Positions 10,221-18,803 of a DNA stretch of 64,000 bases are shown here, piece after piece. Position numbers and translations under genes: made by a program. Within the stretch, counting starts at the first letter, position 1; each line of letters opens with the position of its first letter. Source of the stretch: Terriglobia bacterium (lineage in GTDB: Bacteria > Acidobacteriota > Terriglobia > Bryobacterales > Bryobacteraceae); contig CAWCYQ010000015.1 in assembly GCA_963799755.1 (NCBI GenBank), positions 11,139 to 75,138 on the forward strand, in the 5' to 3' direction. The notes under the pieces are model-generated. The model had not been told where the DNA came from, did not search any database, and worked only from the letters and a program-made list of their open reading frames with translations.

Positions 10221-13200
10221 TTACCGGCCGTCGACGGAGAAGGCGAGCAGGACGTTGTCGGAGCTTCCGCCGAGGACGCCGTGATACCCGGACATGAGGA
10301 AGAGCATCCCGTTGGCGAGTGAGCCTGAACTGACGTCGATGGCGCCGCCGGACGGGCGTCCGGTATTGAAATCCCATAGGACATGCCCATCGGCTGCGGC
10401 GTAGGCCCGCTCGTGGCCGTCGGTGGTTCCGGCGAAGACGACGCCGGGGATGGCGAAGGGCGCGGCGGACTGCGCGTTGAAACAGGGCGCGCCGGATGTC
10501 CAACTGCATGGGACTTTTGGCGCGGGCGCATACCAGATGTCCTTGCCGGTCGCGGGGTTTAAGGCGAAGAGGCCGGGGCGTCCATTGCCGGCAACCACGG
10601 TATCGGCATTGGCCACGTAGAGGTAGCGCGCATCGGCCGCCATCCCCCATAGGATGCCGCCTAGGAAACCGCCGGCGCCGACCTGGGTGCGCCAGAGGAT
10701 GGCGCCCGAGACGGGATCGATGCCGAAGACCGTGCCCGACTTCTGTCCTGCCGCGAGGATGTCCCGGCCCCCCGGCAGTGGCAGGAGAATCGGCGAGGCG
10801 CCGAAATCGTAATCGTGGCCGCGCGTGGCTGGGCAGTTGACGAGCTTGCGCCCCGAAGTGCAGCCGGAAAGGTCGTCGTCGTTTGCCGTGACCTGGCGGC
10901 GCCAGATCGTGCGGCCCGTTCCGAGGTCCACCGCAATCACGGCATCCGATCCGTCTTCCTTTGCGTCGGTGTAGGAATTGCCGGTTGCGAAGTAGAGACG
11001 GCGGCGTTTGGCATCGACGGTCGGGGCGGACCACACGGCTGCGCCCGCGGGACCGTACATCTGCGTGCCGGCGCTGTTCTTTTTTGTCGGGGCGGGGCTC
11101 CGATCGATGGCGAAGGCTTTCCAGACGGTTTTGCCGGTGGCGGCGTCCAAGGCGACCACATTGCCGCGGAAGGTGCAGCAGGAGTAATCGGCGAGAGTTG
11201 AAGTTAACTCTTCGTAAGACGAGACGGGCACGTAGAGGCGATCGCGAAAGAGAACCGGCGAGCCGGTGAGGATGGCGCGGGGATGGGAATCGACGCGGGT
11301 TTTCCAGAGAAGATCGCCGCTGGCTGCATCGACAGCATAGACGTTGGCGGCGGTGTCGCCGAAGTACGCGGCGTAGCCGCTTCGAGCGACGCCGGGCAGC
11401 GGCCCGATCGAGATGGTCGTGCGCGAGGGGGTGGGTTGCTTGAACCGCCAGTAGAGGCAACCGGTCCGGGCGTCAAGAGAGTAGATTGCGCCGCCCCGGC
11501 TGGTGAGAAAGACGCGGCCTCCGGCTACGGTTGGCTGGCCGTAGCTATCTCCCGGGTAAGCAAAGGACCATTTCACTTTGAGCCGGGGGATTTCATCGAG
11601 GGAAAGGCCGGGCTCGGGCTGAAAGCGCGAGTTGCGCGGGTCGGTACTCCAACCGCTCCAGCCGCCTGGTGTAATGCTGAACGTCCCCGGATTCGGGCAT
11701 GGCGGAGGGTCTATGGCGGCGGCAAGCGTGGCCTTGGGCTGTCGGCCGGTGAGGTAGAGCGCGAGCGCGTTGCTGTCCGCGCTGCCGAGGCCGGCCGCCA
11801 TGGGTTTCATGGTGCCGACAGTGAGGGACTTGACGACCTCCGCGGGCGAGAGGGATGCGAGCTGTTGGCGGCCGGGCGCCCGTCCAATAGCGGGGTCATG
11901 GCATTTGGCGCAGTCCGCGCGGAAGAGCCTCTCGCCGCGGGAGCGTAGTGCGGAAGATTGATCGGCTGGGTGGGATGGGGCGCGGCTGCGACGTACGGTA
12001 ACAACGACGGCGACTGTGATCGCCAACGCTACCGCCACGATACGACGCCGGCTGGCCGGGATCTGAAAGCCGCGGCCGGTCTGAATGAGATTGGTTTCGA
12101 AGAGGCGCCCCAGCACGAGCAGTTCTACGACGCCGAACAAGACGAGCACAGCCGCCGTGCCGAAGAGATCGAGGGAGGAGACGCCGCTTCGGAGGCGCGC
12201 CAGCATAACCACGGGAGTGTAGATGGGTATCCAGGAGAAGATGCGCGGGAGCAGTCCATTGGGGTCGCGGCGGATGACGGATGCCAGCGCCACGGAGGGC
12301 ACGGCAATCAGCAGCATGATCGGCATGAGGTAGGCCTGGGCTTCCTGCATGCTGTCGCGAACCAGGGCGACGGCGAGGAAGATCATGCCGATGGTCAGGA
12401 ATCCGGCCAGAAAGTAGAAAAGCATGGCAGCCGCGATTCCCGGGGTTTGCCACAAGGAGGCGAGCGCAGGAATTAGGAAGCCGAGAGGAGAAGACGGGTT
12501 GACTCGGACAATCGCGACGGTCGCGAGCACCCAGATGGCGACGATGGAGAGTCCGGTGGCGGAGATTCCCACGAGTTTGCCGATCATCAATTCGCGAGGG
12601 CTGACGCATGCCAGGACGGCCTCTAAGAGTTTGTTGGCGCGCTCTTCGACGAGTCCCTGGAGCATCATGGAGCCGGTGATGATCATGGACACGACCAGCA
12701 GATAGGCGAACGCGAGGGGCAGCACGGAATGGGCGAGGGCCGGGCTCCCGGTTGCGTGTGTCTCGGGGGCCGCGATGGAAACGGGTGCGGCGAGGGTCTC
12801 GATGCGGGCGGCGGATAGAGGATCGACGCCGGCGGCCTGGAGAGCTTTGAGGCGCAGGCTGCCGGTGAGTTCGAGCTTGACGTCCTGCACCAGGCCCGCG
12901 CCGGCCGAGCCGCTGGTCCAGACGCGGACCTGACCACCGGAGTCCACATCGGCGGGGATGTAGACGGCAACGGCGACGACTGCGCTGCCGGAGGAGGTGC
13001 CGATGGATTGCTGAAAGTGGGGTCCGATGGTAGCGCCAAAGCGATCGGCGCTGGCGGTATCGATGCCTTGCGGGAGCGGCAGTTCAACGAGTGGGCGAGG
13101 CGGCGGTCGAAAGGGCGGTGCGCCCGGCGACAGCCTGGGCTTCAGGTTCCGCAGCGCGGCCGTCGCCCCGCCCGCCGAGACGAAAGCTTCGACCAGCGAA

Positions 13201-13523
13201 TCGCTCGAAGAGGCTCCGGCTTGGAGCGACGTTTGAACGTTTGGGGGCGCGCTGCCGGCCGTGCGCCATTCTTCGGCATAGGCCAACAGTTGCACCAGCA
13301 CCTGGCGTTGATAGTCGAGCTCGACACGCCGATTGATCTGCGCGCGGTAGCGGCCGGATTGGTCCAGGAGCACGTAGCCGGCGGTTTCCAACCTGCCGGA
13401 GAACTTTTGCGCGAGGGGCGCGACGATCACGAGCACGGGCACGATGAGCGCGACGATCCAGAATGCGGGCAACGTGACCATGCGGCGATATTCGCGCGCG
13501 GTGACGAGCAGGATGCGTCTCAT
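10221..13523 (-). CDS. ABC-2 (NatB-like) permease fused in frame to a cytochrome c domain and a PQQ-type beta-propeller (PVA-dehydrogenase-like)
   Basis: The ATG at 13523 overlaps the ATPase stop (ATGA). The first ~540 aa form a polytopic ABC-2 permease with a large loop after TM1. Then comes an extra TM segment RRRIVAVALAITVAVVVTV, CAKCH (11898-11912), and repeated propeller blades (GRVFLTSRGGAIYSLDARTGCLYW, GDLLWKT, GKTVWK, GAILWRT). No stop codon separates the parts. Confidence 0.75.
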   Translation of the reverse strand: MRRILLVTAREYRRMVTLPAFWIVALIVPVLVIVAPLAQKFSGRLETAGYVLLDQSGRYRAQINRRVELDYQRQVLVQLLAYAEEWRTAGSAPPNVQTSLQAGASSSDSLVEAFVSAGGATAALRNLKPRLSPGAPPFRPPPRPLVELPLPQGIDTASADRFGATIGPHFQQSIGTSSGSAVVAVAVYIPADVDSGGQVRVWTSGSAGAGLVQDVKLELTGSLRLKALQAAGVDPLSAARIETLAAPVSIAAPETHATGSPALAHSVLPLAFAYLLVVSMIITGSMMLQGLVEERANKLLEAVLACVSPRELMIGKLVGISATGLSIVAIWVLATVAIVRVNPSSPLGFLIPALASLWQTPGIAAAMLFYFLAGFLTIGMIFLAVALVRDSMQEAQAYLMPIMLLIAVPSVALASVIRRDPNGLLPRIFSWIPIYTPVVMLARLRSGVSSLDLFGTAAVLVLFGVVELLVLGRLFETNLIQTGRGFQIPASRRRIVAVALAITVAVVVTVRRSRAPSHPADQSSALRSRGERLFRADCAKCHDPAIGRAPGRQQLASLSPAEVVKSLTVGTMKPMAAGLGSADSNALALYLTGRQPKATLAAAIDPPPCPNPGTFSITPGGWSGWSTDPRNSRFQPEPGLSLDEIPRLKVKWSFAYPGDSYGQPTVAGGRVFLTSRGGAIYSLDARTGCLYWRFKQPTPSRTTISIGPLPGVARSGYAAYFGDTAANVYAVDAASGDLLWKTRVDSHPRAILTGSPVLFRDRLYVPVSSYEELTSTLADYSCCTFRGNVVALDAATGKTVWKAFAIDRSPAPTKKNSAGTQMYGPAGAAVWSAPTVDAKRRRLYFATGNSYTDAKEDGSDAVIAVDLGTGRTIWRRQVTANDDDLSGCTSGRKLVNCPATRGHDYDFGASPILLPLPGGRDILAAGQKSGTVFGIDPVSGAILWRTQVGAGGFLGGILWGMAADARYLYVANADTVVAGNGRPGLFALNPATGKDIWYAPAPKVPCSWTSGAPCFNAQSAAPFAIPGVVFAGTTDGHERAYAAADGHVLWDFNTGRPSGGAIDVSSGSLANGMLFLMSGYHGVLGGSSDNVLLAFSVDGR

Positions 13524-14440
13524 CGGCGAAGCTCCGGCTGCGGCCCGGCCAGATGGAGGAAGACATCGTGCAGGGTGGCTCCGTGGGCTTCGAAGTCCCG
13601 GAGGGCGAAGCCGCGGGCGACGCAAGCCTGAAGGAGATCGCCCGGCTCGCTGCCCGGGGACAGGATGACCTGCCAGTCCGTCCAGCCGTCTTCGGTTGCG
13701 GGAAGGGGTTCGGCGCGGGCGACGCCGGGCAGATGGGACGGATCGGCTTGGGCGCGCAGGCGGACGCGGCCCGGCAGTAGGGACCTGGCTTGCTCCTGAT
13801 CGCCATCGAAAACTTTCGCGCCGCGCGCGAGCATGATGAGCCGCGTGCAGAGCCTTTCGGCGTGCTCCATCACATGGGTGGAGAAGACGATAGTGACGCC
13901 GCGACGGGCGGCGGCGAGGATTTCATCCTGGAGCACGGTCTGGTTGACGGGATCGAGGCCGGAAAAGGGCTCATCGAGCAGGAGCAATTTTGGAGCATTG
14001 ACGAGGGCGGTGGCGAGCTGGACTTTCTGGGCCATGCCCTTTGACAGGCGATCCACGCGGGCGCGGGCGAAGGGGGCGAGGCCGAAGCGTTCGAGCAACG
14101 GGCTGGCGGCCTGGCGGGCGGTTTGACGGGACAGACCTTTGAGCCGTCCGAAATAGGCGACGATATCGAATACGGTCACGCCGCGATAGAGCCCGCGCTC
14201 CTCGGGCAGGAACCCGATTTCCGGGGCCTTCGCGCGTCCGGGCGGTCCGCCCAATACCTCGATTGTGCCGGAAGTGGGGCGAAGGATATCGAGGATCATC
14301 CGCAAGGTGGTGGTCTTGCCGGCTCCGTTAGCGCCGAGGAAGCCGACCAGCTCGCCTTCGGCGATGGAGAAGCTCAGATGGTTGACGGCGACAAAATCGC
14401 CGAAGTATCTGGTCACATCTTCGAGGTGGAGAACATTCAT
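13520..14440 (-). CDS. ABC transporter ATP-binding protein (NatA-like)
   Basis: Walker A GANGAGKTTT, signature LSKGMAQK and Walker B LLLLDEP. The start is taken at MNVLHLEDVTRYF (ATG 14440). The longer ORF upstream overlaps a transposase relic. Confidence 0.85.
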   Translation of the reverse strand: MNVLHLEDVTRYFGDFVAVNHLSFSIAEGELVGFLGANGAGKTTTLRMILDILRPTSGTIEVLGGPPGRAKAPEIGFLPEERGLYRGVTVFDIVAYFGRLKGLSRQTARQAASPLLERFGLAPFARARVDRLSKGMAQKVQLATALVNAPKLLLLDEPFSGLDPVNQTVLQDEILAAARRGVTIVFSTHVMEHAERLCTRLIMLARGAKVFDGDQEQARSLLPGRVRLRAQADPSHLPGVARAEPLPATEDGWTDWQVILSPGSEPGDLLQACVARGFALRDFEAHGATLHDVFLHLAGPQPELRR

Positions 14441-14476
14441 ATCGCCACGATTACCAGTTTTGCAGAAGCCCAAAAC

Positions 14477-14635
14477 TTTCCTGATCTCGATGAAGTTCTT
14501 ACGTCGCGTCGCGTCTTCTGGATCATGGGTAACTGCTCTGCCCACAGTGGCCACAAAGCCGCCCAACGCCTGTGCGACAATTGGCCCAACGCCATCCTAA
14601 TCCACACCCCAGTCCACGCCAGTTGCCTCAACCAC
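14477..14635 (+). pseudogene. relic of a DDE (IS630/Tc1-like) transposase C-terminus
   Basis: The intergenic translation FPDLDEVLTSRRVFWIMGNCSAHSGHKAAQRLCDNWPNAILIHTPVHASCLNH matches the ...lvlDN.s.H.......l......i.l.ftP.haSWLNq.E pattern. The DN motif is degraded to GN and there is no N-terminal part. Confidence 0.4.
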
Positions 14636-14736
14636 CCTTCTCGCCAAGCTCGCCGCCAAACGTCTGGCTGTTCAGCCTGACGAAATACGTCACCGTAATT
14701 CCGAACGTGAGTACGTAGCTCAAACCGGGTTCTCTA

Positions 14737-16401
14737 ATGATCAACGACCTCTGGTACAAGAACGCAATCGTATACTGCCTCTCGGTCGCTACCTATATGG
14801 ATGCGGACGGCGATGGCGTTGGAGACTTCAAGGGGCTGATGGGAAGGCTCGATTATCTCCAGGGCCTCGGAGTAACCGCGCTCTGGCTGATGCCTTTTCA
14901 GCCATCTCCGGGACGCGACGGCGGCTACGATGTCGCCGATTATTACAATGTTGACCCCCGATACGGCACTCTCGGCGATTTCGTCGAGTTCGCGCACGGA
15001 TGCCAGCAGCGCGGCATGCGTGTTCTGATCGATCTTGTCGTAAACCACACTTCGAACGAGCACTCCTGGTTCCGCGAAGCGCGCCGCGACCCAGCCTCCA
15101 AGTATCGGGATTGGTACGTCTGGTCAAAGAAGAAGCCCAAAAACGCCAAGGATGGGGTTGTTTTCCCCGGCGTCCAGAAGTCGACCTGGAGCCATGATGA
15201 TGCTGCGAAATGCTGGTACTTCCACCGCTTTTACGAGTTCCAACCCGACCTGAACACAAGCCATCCGGAAGTGCAGGCCGAGATTTTGAAAGTCATGGGT
15301 TTTTGGCTTCAGCTCGGAGTGTCCGGATTCCGCATGGATGCCGTTCCGTTTGTAATCGCCAAAAAAGGTCCTGAGGTCGCGAAGCCCGTGGAGCAATACG
15401 AGATGCTGCGCGAGCTGAGAGAGTTCCTGAGCTGGCGTGAGGGGGAGGCCATTGTCTTGGGAGAAGCCAATGTGTTAGCGAATACCGACATGGAGTATTT
15501 CGGTGCCAACAGTGAGCGGTTGCACATGATGTTCAACTTCCAAGTGAATCAGAATCTCTTCTACGCTCTCGCTACGTCCGATAGCCGCCCGCTGGTAAAA
15601 GCACTGAAAGCCACCAAGCCTCGCCCTGCAACAGCACAGTGGGGCCAGTTTCTTCGAAATCATGACGAGCTCGACCTGGGGCGCCTGACAGAGGAGGAAC
15701 GCCAGGCGGTCTTCGCCGCTTTCGCGCCCGAGCCGGACATGCAGCTATACGGACGAGGTATTCGCCGGCGGCTGGCTCCGATGCTCCAAGGCGACAGGAG
15801 AAAGCTCGAACTCTCCTACAGCTTGATGATGACCCTGCCCGGAACTCCTGTAATCCGGTACGGCGATGAAATTGGTATGGGAGATGATCTGCATCTTCCC
15901 GAACGCCAGTCCGCACGCACTCCGATGCAATGGTCCACCGAACCGCAGGGAGGTTTCTCGACCTGCGCCAAAACTATCCTGCCGGTGATCGGCGATGGCC
16001 CTTACGGTTATGAGCACGTCAATGTCGCCGAGCAGCGCCGCGACCCGAATTCACTATTGAACTGGATGGAGCGCATCATTCGCATGCGCAAAGAAGTCCC
16101 GGAAATCGGGTGGGGCGATTTCGAGGTGCTGCGCACCGGCACTCCCGAGATCCTGGCTATCCGCTATGACTGGCGAGATAACTCCGTGGTGGTTGTGCAT
16201 AATCTGAGCGCTAAAGCCATGTGAAATCCGGCTCAGCGTCGGACTCGAAGGTCAAGAGGGCCGTCGGCTTGTGAACGTTCTTTCCACAGATCACAGCTTT
16301 GCAGATGAATCGGGCAAGCACCGCATTCTGCTGGAGCCTTATGGGTACCGCTGGTATCGCGCCGGCGGTTCGAGCTACCTTCTGAGGCGAACGGATACTT
16401 G
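14737..16401 (+). pseudogene. treS: GH13 trehalose synthase-like enzyme, with a frame break at the AAA run 16213-16215
   Basis: Motifs LWYKNAIVY...DGDGVGDFKGL..LDYLQGLGVTALWLMPF...GGYDVADYY, DLVVNHTSNEH and GFRMDAVPF. ORF 14737..16224 stops at HNLSAKAM*. Removing one A gives AKPCEIRLSVGLEG...HRILLEPYGYRWYRAGG, ending at 16401. Confidence 0.75.
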
Positions 16402-16442
16402 AAGCATCACTCGCATGACCGCTGTTTCGGTAACATGCCTGG

Positions 16443-17171
16443 ATGCCGAGTTCGAAGGAAGAGCCATTGGGGGCCATCGGTGTTCAAGTTGACGCGACGC
16501 CGGCGCAGCCTCCGCAGCGTGTCATCTTAACCGGAAGATTTGTCACTCTATGTCCGCTGGATGTGGCGCGTCATGGAAAGCGGCTGTACGCGCAATCCCA
16601 CGGTCCGGGCAGGGAAGCACTCTGGCGTTATCTGTCGGATGGCCCGTTTGAGGATTTTAGTTCGTTTTTAGCAGCGCTCTCGGCGAAGGCCGCTTCAGTT
16701 GACCCGCTATTTTTTGCAATTCTCGACACTGCCTCGGAAGAACCAGTTGGATACGCGGCTTTTCTCCGCATCGATCCCCTGAATCGAGTGATCGAAGTTG
16801 GCAGCATTCTGTATACTCCGGCGTTTCAGAAAACAGCCGGAGCGACCGAAGCCATGTACCTGATGGCGCGCTACGCGTTCGAGGAATTAAAGTACCGGCG
16901 CTATGAATGGAAATGCAATGCGCTGCACGAGGGATCGCGGCGGGCTGCCCTGCGCTTGGGATTCAAATTTGAAGGCACCTTCCGGCAACACATGATCGTC
17001 AAAGGGCGGAATCGAGATACGGCCTGGTTCTCCATGCTCGATACCGAATGGCCGACGCGCAAAGCGGCATTCGAGCGCTGGTTGGACCCTGCCAACTTCG
17101 ACTCCGCTGGAAAACAAAAGGAGCCTTTGGTCTGGCTCGGACATCCTGGTCAGGACAGCACGTCCTCATAA
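16443..17171 (+). CDS. GNAT-family N-acetyltransferase (RimJ/RimL-like)
   Basis: Motifs GYAAFLRIDPLNRVIEVGSILYTPAFQKTAGATEAMYLMARYAFEELKYRRYEWKCNALHEGSRRAALRLGFKFEG. Confidence 0.8.
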   Translation: MPSSKEEPLGAIGVQVDATPAQPPQRVILTGRFVTLCPLDVARHGKRLYAQSHGPGREALWRYLSDGPFEDFSSFLAALSAKAASVDPLFFAILDTASEEPVGYAAFLRIDPLNRVIEVGSILYTPAFQKTAGATEAMYLMARYAFEELKYRRYEWKCNALHEGSRRAALRLGFKFEGTFRQHMIVKGRNRDTAWFSMLDTEWPTRKAAFERWLDPANFDSAGKQKEPLVWLGHPGQDSTSS

Positions 17172-17177
17172 AATCCA

Positions 17178-17198
17178 CTTGCAAAACCCTGGGGAGTC
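17178..17198. repeat. left copy of a perfect 21-bp direct repeat, cttgcaaaaccctggggagtc
   Basis: Letter-by-letter identity with 21551-21571. The flanking bases differ on both sides. Confidence 0.9.
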
Positions 17199-17700
17199 AA
17201 ATTGTGTGTTGTTCTTGGTGGGGTGGTGAGGGGAAGTGAATAGAATAGAGTGTGTATGTTGTGATAGAGGAGCAGGTAAGTAGAGAGGCAGGGGATGATA
17301 AGGTTTGAACATTGTAGAGTTGATGTTGCAGTTATGAGGCAATAACTGACGCTAAGTGCTCCTCAGCTGGGATCACCAACTTAAGTGAGAGACTGATGAT
17401 GGAGTTTTTTTCTAAGGAGAAGTTAGTACTTAGGGTTCTAAGCTAACAGTTAGAGTCTAACTAAGGGAGAGAGAGGGTCATAGACAAGATCGGTCGAAAT
17501 ACACAATCAGCGGTGTCCTTCAGAAGGTATCTTCCTTGTACTAAAGGAGAAGAAGACATAACTAGCGGTAAAAGTGATCTGGGAATAGCTAAGAAGATAT
17601 ACTGAACTATAAAGCAATAAACGGGTAAAGGATATACTAGAGAGAAGAAGGGGAGAGGAGATACTGATAGAGAGTAGACTCAAAGATGAGGGAGATGATG
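17199..17700. other. strand-asymmetric C-depleted (G/A/T-rich) non-coding tract
   Basis: Hand count: 4 C in 17201-17320 and about 56 C in 17201-17700. Stop codons occur in all three + frames. The only - strand ORF is low-complexity. Confidence 0.8.
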
Positions 17701-17827
17701 CACACAAGAGCAAATCCGCGAAGCAGGTTAAGCTCTCTACGCAATGATCTGCTGACGCTTTCCTAGCACCGCAGCTTGTGCGCGTACATCCAGATTTCGC
17801 AGTCTTAGGTAGCACCTCTGAAGGTAT

Positions 17828-18262
17828 TCACATGCGCACATTCCCGCGTTCGTTTCGATATGGGCACATTTCAAAGTGCACGCTGCGCAAGTGCTTTTAG
17901 GCAAAGGGTTTAAGATTTTTGTGAGCTAGGAATAAGGGGATAGGGGCACTGGCCTCTTTTCTTCGCACAGACAAAGCTGCGCTGAGATACATCCCCATCG
18001 CTTCCATGAACTTACTCTCTGAGATTATTCGTGTTTCATCCTCCAAAACGGAGCATTCAAGCTCGATCTCGCCTATCCGTAACGGGGCCGTGCTTTCAGC
18101 AAGGGTAGGCAATTTTGGTCTACCGCCGGCGCGGACTTTGCGCTTGGCGTTGATCTCCGCGTAATATTCAGGGCCACGTTCTGCGGTTTTTGGCCTCCTA
18201 ACTTCCCGAGCTCGACAGCGGCGGAATTTTTTTGCTCTTCCGTCATAAATGTAATCTACCAC
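17828..18262 (-). pseudogene. P63C-domain-family (phage-type) protein, N-terminal part only, ended by in-frame stops
   Basis: GGRPKLPTLAESTAPLRIGEIELECSVLEDETRIISESKFMEAMG...APIPLFLAHKNLKPF matches the conserved N-terminal region of P63C proteins. There is a TAA at 17897 and a TGA at 17828. The same frame continues as ORF 17507..17815. Confidence 0.5.
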
Positions 18263-18571
18263 AACCGGTTCTTGTTAGAAAGTATCTGATTTACTTTCTT
18301 TAAAAACTACAACCGAATGTCGTATCGTCAGTCATGAAGCAAAAAGCCCCGATAGGGGTTGCTGCCGTCACCGGGGCTAGAACGGCACAGCCGAAGCCAC
18401 ACACATCCTACGACCCCGGTATCCAGCTTTGCTGCGAATCACAAGGAGATTCACAGTGACATGTCACACCCGCCCGCGAGAATCAAAGCGCTTCGGTAAA
18501 GGCCGCAAGGGTAACCATCTTTTCCGCTGCAATCAACGTTCAAAGGCGTTTGGCGAAGCCCGCTGGACGGC

Positions 18572-18714
18572 ATGTATCTACCCGTCGAGAAAGCAGAGAT
18601 GCTTCTCAAGCTCTTGCGCGAAGGCAATAGCGTATCGAGCGCAATGAAGCGGGGATTGCTAATCACGTGTGGTCGATTGCGGAATCGCTTTCAAAGCCCA
18701 TTTCAAGGGGATAA
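18572..18714 (+). pseudogene. possible internally deleted transposase relic
   Basis: MYLPVEKAEMLLKLLREGNSVSS is an HTH-like N-terminus. After a frame change comes GIANHVWSIAESL, which resembles the ...tdHVWs.eEl C-terminal tail of some DDE transposases. The fragment is very short. Confidence 0.25.
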
Positions 18715-18803
18715 TTCTTGTGCTGCGCCCAAAGGGGTGTAGTATGAGCGGCGATTCGCAACAGTCTGCGATGATGTCGTTAAGCCTCCACGCTTGACCG
18801 ACT

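Noticed and set aside
10021-11460. A long Arg/Pro-rich ORF of 479 aa, plus several others in 10400-13800 on both strands, overlapping the permease::PQQ gene and the ABC ATPase.
   Set aside because: These are typical shadow ORFs of GC-rich DNA. They have low-complexity R/P/G composition and no motifs, and they lie fully inside genes with clear domain signatures.
16211-16477. An 88-aa ORF on the - strand between treS and the GNAT gene.
   Set aside because: It overlaps the frame-shifted C-terminal part of treS (…HRILLEPYGYRWYR), which is the better explanation for this DNA.
17214-17236. A G-quadruplex-like run, ggtggggtggtgaggggaag, at the start of the C-depleted tract.
   Set aside because: Only two of the four G-tracts have three or more Gs, so at best it would be a weak two-tetrad structure. 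It was folded into the general description of the tract.
17507-17815. A 102-aa ORF on the - strand inside the C-depleted tract, considered as a real small protein.
   Set aside because: The - strand here has almost no G, so TAG and TGA cannot occur and long ORFs arise by chance. The product is S/L/Y/F low-complexity. It is better explained as the in-frame continuation of the dead P63C gene or as non-coding.
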